DNA of 64,000 bases, taken from assembly GCA_002633005.1 (NCBI GenBank), contig NMRA01000220.1, positions 272,349 to 336,348 on the forward strand, written 5' to 3'. The translations under genes and the position numbers were made by a program. The DNA is from Phoronis australis. Taxonomy: Eukaryota > Animalia > Phoronida. The notes beneath the pieces are model-generated. The model saw only the letters and a list, made by a program, of their open reading frames with translations. It was not told the DNA's origin and did no database searches. Below are positions 35,104 through 48,200 of this stretch, piece by piece; the first letter of the stretch is position 1; every line of letters begins with the position of its first letter.

Positions 35104-35260
35104 CAGGGGCGGATCCAGGATTTTGAGTTGGGGGGAAGGACAGAGTATTAGCCAGGGTTTTGCCGGTCAGACATTCACACCCCCGAACTGCCAAATGGAA
35201 TTTGGGAGAATTTTAGGGGGGCTGTGGTCCCCTTGCCCCAACCCTCTAAATCCGCCACTG
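35104..35260 (+). mobile_element. CAG-terminal MITE inserted in the Kolobok TIR, 5-bp TSD GAATG
   Basis: agga-gaatg-caggggcggatcc...aaatccgccactg-gaatg-ccacc; removing it restores the TIR aggagaatgccacc. Confidence 0.85.
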
Positions 35261-35427
35261 GAATGCCACCTCATTGTATTAGTCTTTTTTACCGTCTTAA
35301 TCGGTCTATATCCACATCACCTCGTACCCGGTCGATCTTACCTCACCGAGAGATGTCGCGTTAACCTGTGAGGAAGATGAGAAACGACGCAGCGACGCCA
35401 GTGGTTCTTCTGCAGAGTGAGTGCCGC

Positions 35428-35630
35428 TATGGTGTGGTATTAATCATTCCCGCTTGTGCGAACTATGAAGCTGCGAGAAATGCGGGTATATAATTTTTTT
35501 CGGCTTCCTCGAGAGCCCATAATGCTTCGGAAGTGGCCCGCGGTAGTGAAGAATGAAAAGTACGCCGTTAATACCAAGTATGAGGCCGTGAAAATTCTCC
35601 GTGTCTGTCAGTGGCTACACTTTGTCAGAC
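35428..35630 (+). pseudogene. THAP-domain remnant of the Kolobok transposase
   Basis: IPACANYEAARNAGI*FFRLPREPIMLRKWPAVVKNEKY...LRVCQWLHF; homologous to the THAP remnants of copies 1 and 2. Confidence 0.7.
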
Positions 35631-35729
35631 CGGTTGTTGATCAGTAGTTTGCCACGAAACCATAAACAATTACCTCACAATTAATTCAAGGAGTGAGAAC
35701 ATAACGTTTTATATAACCTATTTGATGAC

Positions 35730-36145
35730 TGACTCGTTCGTCAGATTTCTGTTTGGTCCTCTGGGAGTAGGATGTTTTCGCCAGTTCTTTTTCTCAGCCC
35801 TAAAAAACATCGTAAGCACACCTCTGTTTAGATGCGGTACAAAATTAGGATTGTCTGTGACTCATCTGCACTTTTCCAAGAAGGCGTACTACTTGCAGAA
35901 TTTCGTGGCAGCAAACGCAAGCGTCAGTCGTTTCCATTATCGTACCTGCAGTTGGCTCCGCAGTCATTCAAACGGTTTTCGGAATTATCCATGTGTTCCG
36001 TTGTCTGTGCACGTTCACAGAGCCTCTCAATTATTTCTTGATCAATGTATTCCGGTTCGAACTGATAGCCTGTGGAACCTAACGATCGACCAGCGAAGTC
36101 TTCGTCGGATGAGCACTCGTCTAAGCCGGGATTGCGAGTTGCCAC
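35730..36145 (-). pseudogene. KolX-like (Kolobok second protein) remnant
   Basis: GYQFEPEYIDQEI...RLNDCGANCR, then after frameshifts METTDACVCCHEIL...CR*VTDNPNFVPHLNRGVL, matching the YxFEP / M-x-T-x3-CxCCxEI / L-N-x2-VL pattern of KolX proteins. Confidence 0.65.
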
Positions 36146-37189
36146 GTTGACGTTTATTATAATTGTGCTTTCTGTTTCAAAATGAATTATTCTCACCCCA
36201 ACCGATGTTTATATAAAACTGAAACAAAACGACCTGTCTCCTTAGATACAATTTGTAATGCGTTAGAGTGTTCGTGAGTGCAAATGTTTTGAGAAGCCAG
36301 CAATGAACAAATCACTGCGTTACCGGCTTTTTTGCAATAAACTAATTGACCGGGCACCAAGCCCGTGTTAGCGCATGCTAATTCAGTGTTTGCTGACAGA
36401 AAGCTGTTGTGAAACAATAACTAGATTTATATCCTACGGTTAGATGTTAGGGGAATCTCTATTTAGATATTCATATACATTATTCGAATCATTGTTGCTG
36501 TACAACTTTTGCCCTGACATTTCTGTGGAAGGCGGCCCCCGGCGACGAGCTAGTACAATGTAAGTAAATTTGCAGTTTCGTGGCTAATTCCCCAAAATAA
36601 TTACTTGCACATTTTTCTTTGGCTCACTAGTATATTCTTTTCGTGACTGGAAGTTTAATTTCCAACTTTGGCTGGTACATGTATATGTTCGTTTTGTCTT
36701 CAGTCCGGCCGCGATGGGACTGATCGTGTTATTCCGAGCCACTGGCCAGGATAACAAGCGTTTTGTGTGTTAAGAATTGAAAACAAATCGCATGTCTAAA
36801 ATTACAACACACAGCTATGTTCTCCTGTGCATTTCACGGACAAATAATTCTAATTTATCACCGAACAGAAACGAAACTCCCGCGACCGATCTTGGTAAAT
36901 TGGCCTATCGAACTTTGTAGGCTGCGGTACGTTCATATACCTGAAAATCCGTAACAGCGAAATAAAGTGGCACGTTTGTTAAATAACTCGATGTATTTTT
37001 AAAGATTTTACATCAAATTTTGATGATTTATTGGTGTAAAACGATGAATTCAAGCGATTAGCTGACACCAATAAGCGTGTTGTGAACTGCTGAACAGATT
37101 GCATTCGAAGTTCTGACCTCATTGGTTAAGTTTAAAATCTCTGTCTACCGTCAGGTGTCAGGTAAAAGGGCTGTACTTGCTGTTATCAT

Positions 37190-40143
37190 AGACTATAGTA
37201 CATGGACCGCCAACTCCGTATACTTTCAATGAACGAAATCTGTGAGCTTACGCACAAGCCCTTACGTCATTATTCACTGGCGACACCTGGCAAATTTTCT
37301 GGTACAATTTCCGGCAAGTACGTCGTCTGCTAATCATGGTCGGCTACTGTGTGGCTGGTTGTTCGGCCACACACGCGAAATGCAAAGGAATTAGCTTCCA
37401 TACCATCCGAAGACCCCATAATCGGCTGTGGGAAGAAAACCTTACTTCTTGTGTCAACTTGAATGGCAATTGTTTCAGCAATAAGACTTTATGCATTTGT
37501 TCAAGGCACTTCGAAGATGAATGTTTTTAAGAGACTCTACTACTTAATCCTGTCTTCACAAATCCATTTTGTTTTCTCCGTTTTGATGAAAACTATCTGG
37601 TAAACTTTTTGACGAAAATTATCCACTAAATTTCTTCCAAAGGTAGTGACTCGTAACCTCTTGTCCTTACGAGGAAGTTCAGCCATAGCCTAGTGAGCGA
37701 ATTAACCAAATTACTCTTCGCTGGCCCTCATCAGACGGTTGGTCTCAGCAGAATGCGCACACTTGGCCAGGATTTGGATCAGCAATTTCAACAAATTCAC
37801 ATTCGTGTACAAATAAATAGAACGCTGATAAAACCTTTAACATAAATAAAGATTACATTAATACTTCATAAGTAACCACCCGGACCAGACAAAATCTATC
37901 TCGCAATTCAACAGCAGGTTACACACTCATTTCATGTCGAATATATGCCGCACAAAATCTCTCGACTGCAGTCTATGAAAATGTAACCAACTTCTTTGAA
38001 AACATGGAACAGGAACACCAGAGGGGTGTAAAAGTTGTTTTTGTTATTCAATGTTAATTTTTTTGTAAGCGGACATATTTTTTTTTAAATTTCCGCCTTA
38101 AGTCCTTACTTAAGCCTTTCAAACGAACGTTTGACGAAAACAAAATTCTTCAACCAGTTTTGTAAAGTCCTATGCCACCTGTAGGGTACATAATGAGCCA
38201 ATCCCACTCCTAATGTAACAAAAGGGTCCCGTGCATAAAGGATACTAAGTATTGCCCTTCTGAAATACTACCGTATGCGCCCTAATAAGCGGCCAGGGTG
38301 CTTAGAAAAACCCGCTTCAGGAAGGGGGCGCTTTATAGCCCAAAAGTGGTTGAAACCCGGTCTCCGAAACAGGTGAAATCGTAAGCTACCATTCATCAAA
38401 GTTACGCTCTGTGACACATCTGTAACCTATGAACAGAGTTTCTACAAAACTGCAGTGCATTGCTATCAAACTTTGTTGTCAACTTACGAGCATTTTTCAG
38501 AAAATACCACTGCCAAAAATTGCCGTGAATCAGGTTTCAAGCTCCTCAGCTTGTTTTAACTATATATTAATAAACCATAAAAATGGTTCCAAGTGATCAG
38601 TGCAATGCCTGCGCACGTCTAATAAATGTGTATCATACAGCTCCTGATTCAAACAAAGGTCTGTTTTTTAATTTTGGTCCGGTATAAATAACGCCACAGA
38701 CCTGGAAATCCAGCGAAACACTTCTACCTTACAAATCTGACAATCCCTAGTCTCAGAAAATTTAAGCACCCTGCAAAAGATACTAATGATGAAATTCTGG
38801 TGATGATAATCACCCACTTTGTTTATTTACTTCACCTCAATTTGAAATACTTGGTAAAATGAAGCCCATTCGAGTAAGCATCATGTCGGTCCCAATGCCA
38901 ACCCAATATATGATAGAACCCAACAAGCTCAAGTTGCAGTCAAATCAGGATAGGCATAAATAAGGAAATTTACTGTATCAACAGATTGGCCAAATAAGAA
39001 TAAGATACAAAGTGTTGCTACAGTGCACACGTGCACGATACTTGGTCTATTATTTTCCCGCCGTAAATGCATTAACCAATCAGATCACCAATGGCGCAAA
39101 GTTTTCGAAAACGGCTCGATTTTTAGGGAGTCCTGTTTTACTGTTCTATTTATTTTCAAAACTTTATTGTGTAACATTTAGTTTACTTTCTGTTCAACTC
39201 AATGAAGCCACCTAATATGAATGCATTCAACACAATTAATGCATTGTAAAAACCAAAAGTTATGCTCTATCAACGTTAGACAAAATCAGTACACCCCTTT
39301 CTTAAAACATGGGTTAAAAGTTAGAAACAAAGGACACAAGTTTCCATCACTTGTAACGTCGATTTTCGACATTGATGTGGGGGAGGAACATCAGTCTGGC
39401 GACAGCAACACGGAATCGCACGAAGGCGATGATTTTCAAAATTTGATTCGTTTTCGTATTATGTCTTTTTTCCCTATGGTTCAGGGCTACTTCTGAATCC
39501 AGGAACAAGAACTGAAAAAGGCAGGGTTCGTGAAAACTTTGGAGAACGGTAACATTTACATAAGGTGTTACAACTGTCATCGATATTCAGTTGTCATCTC
39601 CTCTGTTTTCATCCAACCTTCCCAGATGAAAACTTGAATGAAGAGGACCTTCAGTACTTGAGTGAGCATGGTATACTGTGTGATTTATGTTGAATTATTC
39701 AACGGTTCTTTTAAGAACCATTTCACGCTATACCTACAACTAACGGCCCTGTTAAGGGCCACTCAACACTTCCCAGAAGAACTGCTCACTTGAGAATGTT
39801 GATATATAAACATGCCTTTCTTAGTTTTCTCAGTAGGCCTATGTGAACCATAAATCAAAAACTGCTGCTATTGGGCAAGCAGACGACAGTCGGCACCGAA
39901 GTTTGAATTTTGTAATTAATTACCTGTAGCATTGCCAAAAGTACTCACAATACCAACACTTCTACTATTGAAAGACTTTGAAAAGCGTTTCAATGCCGAA
40001 ATTAATATTTTTTCGTTGTTTTGGACAGTAAAGTAGATGCAAGTATTTCTCGTCAAAATACACTAACCGGAAACTGCATCAGAAAGGTCAGGAGAGCTTA
40101 GCTCAGCACGTAAGAATATGCCGGAGTTGCGAATCTGTTGTCT
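37190..40143 (+). mobile_element. ISL2EU-like element (2-bp AT TSD, AG...CT ends, THAP ORF) nested in Kolobok copy 3
   Basis: AT-agactat...gccaactccg and cggagttgcg...gtct-AT; host sequence resumes on both sides; THAP ORF near the left end. Confidence 0.65.
37336..37530 (+). pseudogene. THAP zinc-finger ORF (64 aa), truncated
   Basis: MVGYCVAGCSATHAKCKGISFH...LW...LCICSRHFEDECF: the C2CH THAP signature, followed immediately by a stop. Confidence 0.8.
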
Positions 40144-40491
40144 ATAATCTATGCTGTCTAAATTGATACAAACTAGGTTTTTTGGGTGGCATTCTCCTTT
40201 ACACTAATACAAGGTTCCTATAACCAAAACTGTGCAAGATTTTTATGGATTGCGAATTGTTAGACAACAAAAGAAATTCGGACGATTTTAGTGGTCGTAT
40301 AAACTAATGAATACCCAGAAGTGTCTAGAGTTCGTGTCCTGGCTCATTTTGGGACCTTAGAACTTGATACAATGGTTCACTACTCTGATAATTTGCCTCC
40401 CTAGTATTTTTGACACACTTTATAAATAAGTGCTTCTATTTTAGTCATTTCGAGTCTGTAATCCGGGCCATAAGCAGGAGACCATCGAATC

Positions 40492-40741
40492 ATACGCACG
40501 AGCATCGCGTCTTACGTTTAAACCACCTACGAACCTATGAATCATGCATGCTAACCCACGTATCATGCATACGAACCCAAAATCACGTATACGAACAAAA
40601 ATCATGCACACCAACCACAAAAATCCCACATACATGTACATGTACAAACACAAATCATAAGCACGAGCATCCGAATCATACGAACGAGCCACGTGAAACG
40701 ATATTGTGTTTGCATGCATAAGGTGCGATGCTCGTGCGTAT
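40492..40741. repeat. MITE-like element with a perfect 17-bp inverted repeat and internal short repeats
   Basis: atacgcacgagcatcgc (40492-40508) / gcgatgctcgtgcgtat (40725-40741); internal catacgaac-like units. Confidence 0.65.
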
Positions 40742-42036
40742 AATTCCTGATAAAGAGTGCGAACGTGCAGCCCAGGTTGCTGACAACTATACAGGCAACA
40801 GGAACCCTAGACAACGTTGAGATACAATAAGAGACAAAAACTGGTTAGAAGAGGAATTAAGTTTATAACATGCACTGCACAGCTAACCCTACGGTAAGAC
40901 GTTACCTACGTATGCACTGGCACGGTGCTGTTTGGGATAAATCTTACTTGGGTCTTGTTTCTTGCAACCGGGCACCGACCAGTGACCTGAATATGTCTGT
41001 CCGGTCTCTAGGTATGGTAATAAAACATGGTTAGTGAGACTACTGGATATAAAATCATATCAGTTGGGTGATTTTTGTGAAAAAAGATCAGTATTCAAAA
41101 TTTTACGACGAATTGAAATGTGGCCACTATTATCGTCAATGACTTAATTCTTCAAACAGCTCTTATCTTAACAATGTCACCTCAAAGTACTGAATTAAGA
41201 GTAATCGAGAACTTATGTTTTTTCCGACCGCCCAGAGTTGCCTGCCTGCCAACTCCCGTGGTCCATCCACAAAATATAGTGTTATATCCAGGTGATGTTT
41301 GGTGCAAGAGCAGTAGGTCCCATGAATAGAATTGCCCCGCTGGGCCACAAAAATCCGGAACTCAGTGGTACTGTCCCACAAAGATTAAGCATACATTTAA
41401 TGGTTATATACAATGGGCGCACCTTTTTCGTCTTCAGTTACCAGTCTGGGGTAGCTTTTGTCTACTGTATAAATAATCGATAATGAAATACACTATAGTT
41501 CGTCTATTTTTATCTGAGGGTTTAATACCAGTAACGCTCAAAAACCTGATACGGAGAACGGGTAGGCTAACACAAAGGTGGACAATGCAATCACTCACAT
41601 TTGTGTGCGTCTGTGTGCACATAAAAACGTGACGTGTACTGAATCGATCAATAGAAAACTTGCTAACGCAGTAGAACAAAACACCTGCGACGCCCGAGCT
41701 ACGTGTACATGTGACGTTCCATGATACAGTAACAGGCAAGTTTGTACTGCAACACGGAGTGCAGTGTGTACATACATGTACATGTACAAGCATATAGGCG
41801 CCACTAATAGGACAAGTTAACGTTGTAAGTCTTTGGGGGTTAGCCAATAGTCAGTGGATTTCACGTCTTCTTTTTCGTGTAGTGGATGTGTACGTAAGAC
41901 AGCACGACTGGGTTACGGTGTTTATGTAGACGTTAATACAAAGACAAGACTTCAGTGTTAACTGTTTTTTGTAAAACGGAGTCAGCCCTGTGTATGTAGT
42001 TACATTTCATTCAATATTCCAAATAGTTCATTGAAG

Positions 42037-42102
42037 TATAAACTCGCTGCTCCCGGCCGAGATTCCCGACCACTCTAATGAGGCGGAACTGACACGCATA
42101 AG
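42037..42102 (+). promoter_or_regulatory. Candidate TATA box and short non-coding first exon of the aldolase-like gene
   Basis: TATAAA 42037-42042, Inr-like ccactct at 42070, donor aag|gtatta after 42102; a matching acceptor tactttttcag ends at 43293, just before the ATG. Confidence 0.3.
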
Positions 42103-42862
42103 GTATTATAATTGTGTCCATTTATTTAAATACTGAGAGGCACTGCACAGTACTCATATGGGTTGAGCTGACAGTGCACATTGACTGGTGCCCTGCGTGC
42201 CGCTAGGTGGTAACCAGCACTCACGCGCGTGCTGGCTAGGCACCTGGGGAACCTGCGAGGACTTACTGGCGGACCTCTCGTTTCTACTTTCAAAATCTAC
42301 CCGTTTCATATCAAAAACCGAAACACGTGATTTCAAGAACTTTATTCTGACTCGTAGATATATTTGACTCTTTAACGTACCTTCACTGAAATAGAAACGA
42401 GGCCCCAAAAAAGGCAAAAACGTAAAACTGACAGTTTTCATCCCAAAACCGCAACTTTCCTGCCAAATGTCAGACTTGAGCTAACAATAGTTTCTGAAAA
42501 CAAATTTCCTGTAGGTTTAAAAAATGTGACTCACAATGTTGGCTGCTAACAAGATTTTTGCAAGTCTGGGTTGTTTGAGGGCTACCTCATGAAATCACAG
42601 CAATGCTACCGTCTAGGGGACCGCGTGGTCGAACATTCACATCACTATATCAAATTTCTAAAATGCCGCAAATGCGAGCTCGTTTTCCCGCATTCACAAG
42701 ACAAGCTTTGAATCCCACGAGACCCAAGAGTGCATTCATGGCGGGGCGTTGTTTTCGGTAGGTACAACACCTTTTATAATAATCGAGTTACCGTGTATTT
42801 TTGCATACAAAAATTACACTCGACTTAGAAATGAAGTGAATCTTCAAAGCATAGTTAGCCCC

Positions 42863-43137
42863 CGGAGTAGCGAACTCTCGGAATAGTGAACTCCGGAGTA
42901 GTAAACCCTGACTAATGAACCCTCGGAGTAGTCAACCTTCGGAATACTCAACCCGCAGAGTATTCAACCATCGGAGTAGTGAACCTTCGAAGTAGCGAAC
43001 CGTCGGAATAGTGAACCCTGCTAGCGATGAACATTCGAAGTAGTGAACCCTCGGAGTACAGAACCATCAGAATAGCGAACTACATGTATCGCAATAGTGA
43101 ACCCTCAGAGTATCGAACCCTCGAAGTAGTGAACCAC
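42863..43137. repeat. Degenerate about 16-bp tandem array (cggagtagtgaaccct), roughly 17 units
   Basis: Repeated (g/a)tag(c/t)gaacc-tcgga units; one unit is interrupted by TACATGTA at 43081. Confidence 0.85.
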
Positions 43138-43316
43138 CATAGTATTGAGCTGTTCCCTGTGTACTTTAGTGCATGTTTTGAAGGCCTGAAGATCCGTTTG
43201 ATTTCATGAATTTCTTATTTCTTAATTTTTTTTCAATGCATTTGGGTTTTTGAATAAAAATGTGATTGAAGAATAATGTTGTTACTTTTTCAGTACCTTG
43301 CACTTAGTGATTTACC

Positions 43317-43428
43317 ATGTCAAAATTTTGCCAATCGCTCTCCTCCGTACAAATGGATGAACTTTCCAAAATAGCATCCGCCATCGTTGCCCCTGGTAAA
43401 GGAGTACTGGCATCAGATGAACCGCCAG
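43317..43428 (+). CDS. ALDO: Class I fructose-bisphosphate aldolase-like gene, coding exon 1 (join 43317-43428, 44971-45240, 48590-48750, 54710-55168, 57792-57818; 342 aa)
   Basis: accATG; MSKFCQSLSSVQMDELSKIASAIVAPGKGVLASDEPP; donor g|gtaagt. 112 nt, phase 1, at the conserved animal aldolase intron position. Not in the ORF track (too short). Confidence 0.92.
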
Positions 43429-43894
43429 GTAAGTGAAATTTGGTACCCCTGGTTGAGTACACTTGTAAATTTCATTTGCAAGATATTGATGATTCTGATT
43501 TGTTTGATCAGTTACTGGTTCGTGTTGATCGCAAGAAGTTGTAAAGAATGTCTACCACTTTAATTCCTTTTGTGCATGGCCAACAGTGAACCAAGTTCCT
43601 AATTTATTGCAAATCTTTTCTCGAGACAGTAAATTTGAGTTAAATGAACGTTTTTTATACAATTGAAGTCTCAGGATTACCAAAACACAAACTGATGCAT
43701 TTTTCATGGAATCAGAAACACCACAGTCTGGTAAAAGAAAAGTTATCAATTCCGTCGCTAGCCTGTAGCTATTCAGCAGCTGCGTCAAGAGGGCAACTAG
43801 ATCAGTGAAAATCTCGACCTGCAGGTAACGTCACGGCAACGTCGATACGTACAAGATCTATCTCATATTTAGCCTATGGAGCGTTCAGTATTAT

Positions 43895-44054
43895 CAGGGG
43901 TGGATCAAGGATTTTTAGTTAGGGGGGGGGGGCAGGGCAGAACACTAGTCAGGATTTTGCCCGTCAAACATTCCCACCCCCGAATTGCCAAATGTAATCT
44001 GGTAGAATTTCAAGGGGGCATGGCTCCCTTGGCACCCCTCTAAATCTGCCACTG
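43895..44054 (+). mobile_element. CAG-terminal MITE, 5-bp TSD ATTAT
   Basis: attat-caggggtggatc...aaatctgccactg-attat; same family as 35104-35260. Confidence 0.8.
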
Positions 44055-44101
44055 ATTATGGACTCTATATTCAAATCATGAGAAAACAGAGTACGACGTA
44101 G

Positions 44102-45108
44102 ACAATATAATCATACATAAAAAGGTTTGAACTGCTTGTTGTTCTAAAAAACGGGAGTTGAAGATATGTGACCTCGTTTTATTCTGTGCGCTCTCGCACT
44201 ATTTCTGGGCACTGCTATGATCTTCGCGCGTGACAAGGTTAGTAGTCAGTAGTCACCGTTTTTTTTTTGTTGTCATCCTTTTGTGTACTGAACTGATCAC
44301 TACAAGTGATTGTTGAAGAGTCCTGTGCTCAAGGTACATTGTGACTTTTCGGCATAGCAATTATGACTTAAAACAAAGGACAAGAACAAAGCATTTAAAC
44401 TTTTTAATAAATAAAACTTCTGCTTACTGAAAGGGACGAAGTCATAATGTATCTCTGTTCTTTCAGCTTCGATGGGTAGACGATTCGTCACCATAGATGT
44501 GGATAACAACGTGGAAAATCGCCGTCGTTATCGCCAGCTGCTCTACACGGCGGGTGGCAAGTCTTTGGGCGATCATCTGGGTGGGGTAATAATGTACCCT
44601 GACGNACAATATAATCATACATAAAAAGGTTTGAACTGCTTGTTGTTCTAAAAAACGGGAGTTGAAGATACGTGACCTCGTTTTATTCTGTGCGCTCTCG
44701 CACTATTTCTGGGCACTGCTATGATCTTCGCGCGTGACAAGGTTAGTAGTCAGTAGTCACCGTTTTTTTTTTGTTGTCATCCTTCTGTGTACTGAACTGA
44801 TCACTACAAGTGATTGTTGAAGAGTCCTGTGCTCAAGGTACATTGTGACTTTTCGGCATAGCAATTATGACTTAAAACAAAGGACAAGAACAAAGCATTT
44901 AAACTTTTTAATAAATAAAACTTCTGCTTACTGAAAGGGACGAAGTCATAATGTATCTCTGTTCTTTCAGCTTCGATGGGTAGACGATTCGTCACCATAG
45001 ATGTGGATAACAACGTGGAAAATCGCCGTCGTTATCGCCAGCTGCTCTACACGGCGGGTGGCAAGTCTTTGGGCGATCATCTGGGTGGGGTAATAATGTA
45101 CCCTGACG
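44102..45108. repeat. 503-bp duplicate around a single N (44605), containing a partial second copy of aldolase exon 2; probable haplotype overlap artefact
   Basis: 44102-44604 equals 44606-45108 except for about two SNPs; the first copy of the exon (44467-44604) is cut exactly at the N. Confidence 0.85.
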
Positions 45109-45240
45109 CTTTCTATCAGGAAACGGACGCCGGTGAATCGTTCCCCAAGGTACTGATTGACGCGGGGATAGTTCCCGGCGTAAATGTCGATATGGGACTA
45201 GTTAAACTTCCCGGCAGCTCACGAGAAACAACAACTCAAG
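44971..45240 (+). CDS. ALDO: Aldolase-like coding exon 2
   Basis: Acceptor gttctttcag|; ASMGRRF...ENRRRYRQLL...GIVPGVNVDMGLVKLPGSSRETTTQ-G; donor g|gtaaag. Confidence 0.95.
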
Positions 45241-48200
45241 GTAAAGCAACGCTCTTTATTCATGCATTTTAAAGCTACTGATAACTGATTGACTTTTGTT
45301 GGAATAAACCTATCAGCATTAATATTTGTTGCCACATTTTTATCAAAGAGAATTACTTGACTGATCTTTCCTAAAATGTCGTTTTTAATTATAAGTAATT
45401 TATTGAAATGGATGCATTCACCACAGATTGAATCGAATTCCGTAATTACATACTTACAGCTATAGGTCTTAAATAAAAATTGTGGTCAGACCAACTGAAC
45501 CCAGTGGTAACTCATGTCCAAGGTTTAACTGTTATGTAACCGCTAGGCTCCTAAATATCACACTGAAATCTAAACTGTCGTAACCCTTGTTAAAAGTTTT
45601 AATCGCTAGTCATCAATCAATGCCTTGGTGCACCATTGTTTCCAATTATGCCATTGCCGTGTTCAAACCGAATTACAATGGTTTTAACTGTGTCACCACT
45701 TTCAGTGGCCGCCATTGTGCTAGTTTACGTCAATAAAGTGCTGAACATAAGTCCCGTGTAGACATCAGCTTTTGATCCAGCGCAACTGAAACGCAGCAAC
45801 TTGATCGCTGTCAAGTGCCGTTTACACGCTTAATTTCATTAAGTGTGGCAAGACGGAAGTTGTACGCTGGAGAGTGGAATGCACATGCGCTGGTTTTCAA
45901 ATAGCGGGAGTTACAGAGACAGAGAATCCGTATGTTCATGTAGGTCGTTGCACAAGCACAGTTGAGATGAGATCCTTTCCGCCTTGCCCCAGTTACGCGT
46001 TTAGACACATAATTGACAAGGAGCAAGATGTTCGAGCGCAAATTGCCCCACCTTACAAACGGGTGGCAAAAGTTGTCACCGCGGTGCCAATCTGCTCCGT
46101 GCCAATACCGTTTACACACTGGAACATCTTGTTCCGTGTCAGCTGATCCGTGTCCACTGCTGTAGTGTAAACGGCAATATACTCACGAATGAATTGATTA
46201 ACACACTCCTTTCATGAGCGGGCTTTTGCGCGGTTTTGTGCGATCTTGCTTTTGACGCAGGAAACTTTGAACACACCTAAGGGGATGTCTCGAACCGGTG
46301 GCGTACGTATCTTGAGCCTGGATCATACTAGTAGATAACCCGTGAACCGCAGTCCTCAGGAGGCCTATAACTGCAGCTCTGTGACAATATGTGAAGGCAA
46401 TTTCGTTTTGAGCTTTTTGATACTAAAAACCAATTAATTCTATAAAATCAAAAAGTTCCAATGTTTTAACTTTCACACTTCTGGAATTCGACTTGTGAAT
46501 GTGTCGAGTTTTGTAAATTCAGTTGGAAATACAGGTAGAATAGAACATATATAAAAGCGATGAAATTAGAGGTAACGGGCTATTCCGAAAATAGTAAAGA
46601 TTGCATTGAGTAAAAAAAAAGTTTTTTTACATTAAAATGCAAATTTAAATCACATTTCTGAATAAATGGATGTCCTTATGAACCCACCTACCGTCAAAAA
46701 ACTTAATTTGTGTGTTAGACTACTAGTCACTATAAATCTGGTACTCAGTTGTTCCTTACTCTGAGTAGGGACGATATCAGTACTCGGAAAGAACCGGCAG
46801 TTCGTATCTCCTAAAATTTCATGAGATACGCCGTGACCTGAAATTTAAAGAACTTTCCTCTGAATAAATAACAGATTACTAATTCCTCCCTTGTCCAGAG
46901 ATCACGTCTAAACAAAGCAAGGAACAAGATGAGTCCAAATTTATAAGGATAAGTGGTTAATACCAGATGGAAGAAACGGATTTTAAGCAAAGCAAAATTT
47001 AGAAAATGGCCTGCGGACAGCATTGAGTGCGCAAGCATACGCATTGACAGAACGCGGCCCCGGCAAGCCCAGATTGTCACACTGTATGTAGAAATTGCTG
47101 TAGAAATTTGGGCCTGTAGCGCTGACCCATATTGTCACAATTTTGAACTCATGACAATCTGGGCCTGTAAAGAGTACCATCTATGACCAAGGATTCAAAG
47201 CCTTTAGCTGTTGAAAAGTTGCATGCAGAGTGAATATTTCGTGTTGACCGGACGAGAAGTGCGACATCTAGCGTGTGTTCATACAGGCAACTCTGACGCT
47301 GACAAATAATGATGTCAAACGAAATTAAATCGACATAAACAAAATATGAAACGTGTGCAAATGGCATGAAAATGGTACCCAGTTGACCACGTGACAAAGA
47401 CTAATGTATTCAAAGTAAATAAGTATTTAACAAAAGAATTTCAAAAATGTGCCAGCGATCAGGGAGAACATTCAGAATTCATGTGGTAAAGATGGATTGT
47501 AATGATCCTGGGTTCTGAGTAAGAAAGGCAACCAATTACTGCCACTGAATAATGCCCGTGATGCATTAGTAACGCCGTCTCTCGATCTATGACAGTTTTG
47601 GGAGTGCCTCGACCAAAAAGTGTCCATAGCCGCCATCTTGTTACGGATGCGTGAAGCTTTGCAAAATGGTAGTACTTGTGTAATTCTGTAAATGAAATGG
47701 CTGCTGTCAGAGGGTTGACAATTGCAGCGCCGTCATTCAGCAAAAGCGTTGCTAAAGAACGTAGCAGCTCAGCTCCAAATTTGAGGAGACCAAGCAATGT
47801 CGCGTCATGTGTAGTAGAATAGTGGAGTAACTCGCCTTAGTAGCAGCGTTGTGTTGTGTTGAGGACAGTCTCGGTCCGTCAGTGAGATGGTTGTATTCAG
47901 TAACTAAGTGTGGAACACTCAATATACACTAGTAAAGCAACTGGCAGTAGCAAGATGAGGACTGTCTTTATTAGACAAGTGAACGGATTTATATACAAGT
48001 AACAAATATGTGGGTTGCATGCACCAAACTTTATGATTCAATATTCTACAGGAAAATAACAGGAAGCAACTCTAAAAACTTTCACAACAATCATCTGAAC
48101 TACTCTGTTGTGTTTGCCATATATGGTAATGGTCAGCTGTCTTTAGGCAATGTTTCTGTGAATGACCATTACGCAATCTTGTTTACTACAGAGATCATCA

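Larger units (their letters stand above)
35095..40198 (-). mobile_element. Kolobok-type element copy 3 (inverted), carrying two nested insertions
   Basis: TTAA-aggagaatg[MITE]...ccacc at the left; gggtggcattctcct-ttac at the right. 35261-37187 and 40146-40198 are reverse-complement homologous to copies 1 and 2. Confidence 0.85.

Noticed and set aside
42863-43137. CRISPR-like or coding repeat (ORF 43027-43209)
   Set aside because: Contiguous degenerate 16-bp units without unique spacers; the ORF is a by-product.
44467-44604. Tandemly duplicated or alternative aldolase exon 2
   Set aside because: Cut exactly at a single N and almost identical to the next copy; best explained as unmerged haplotype contig ends.
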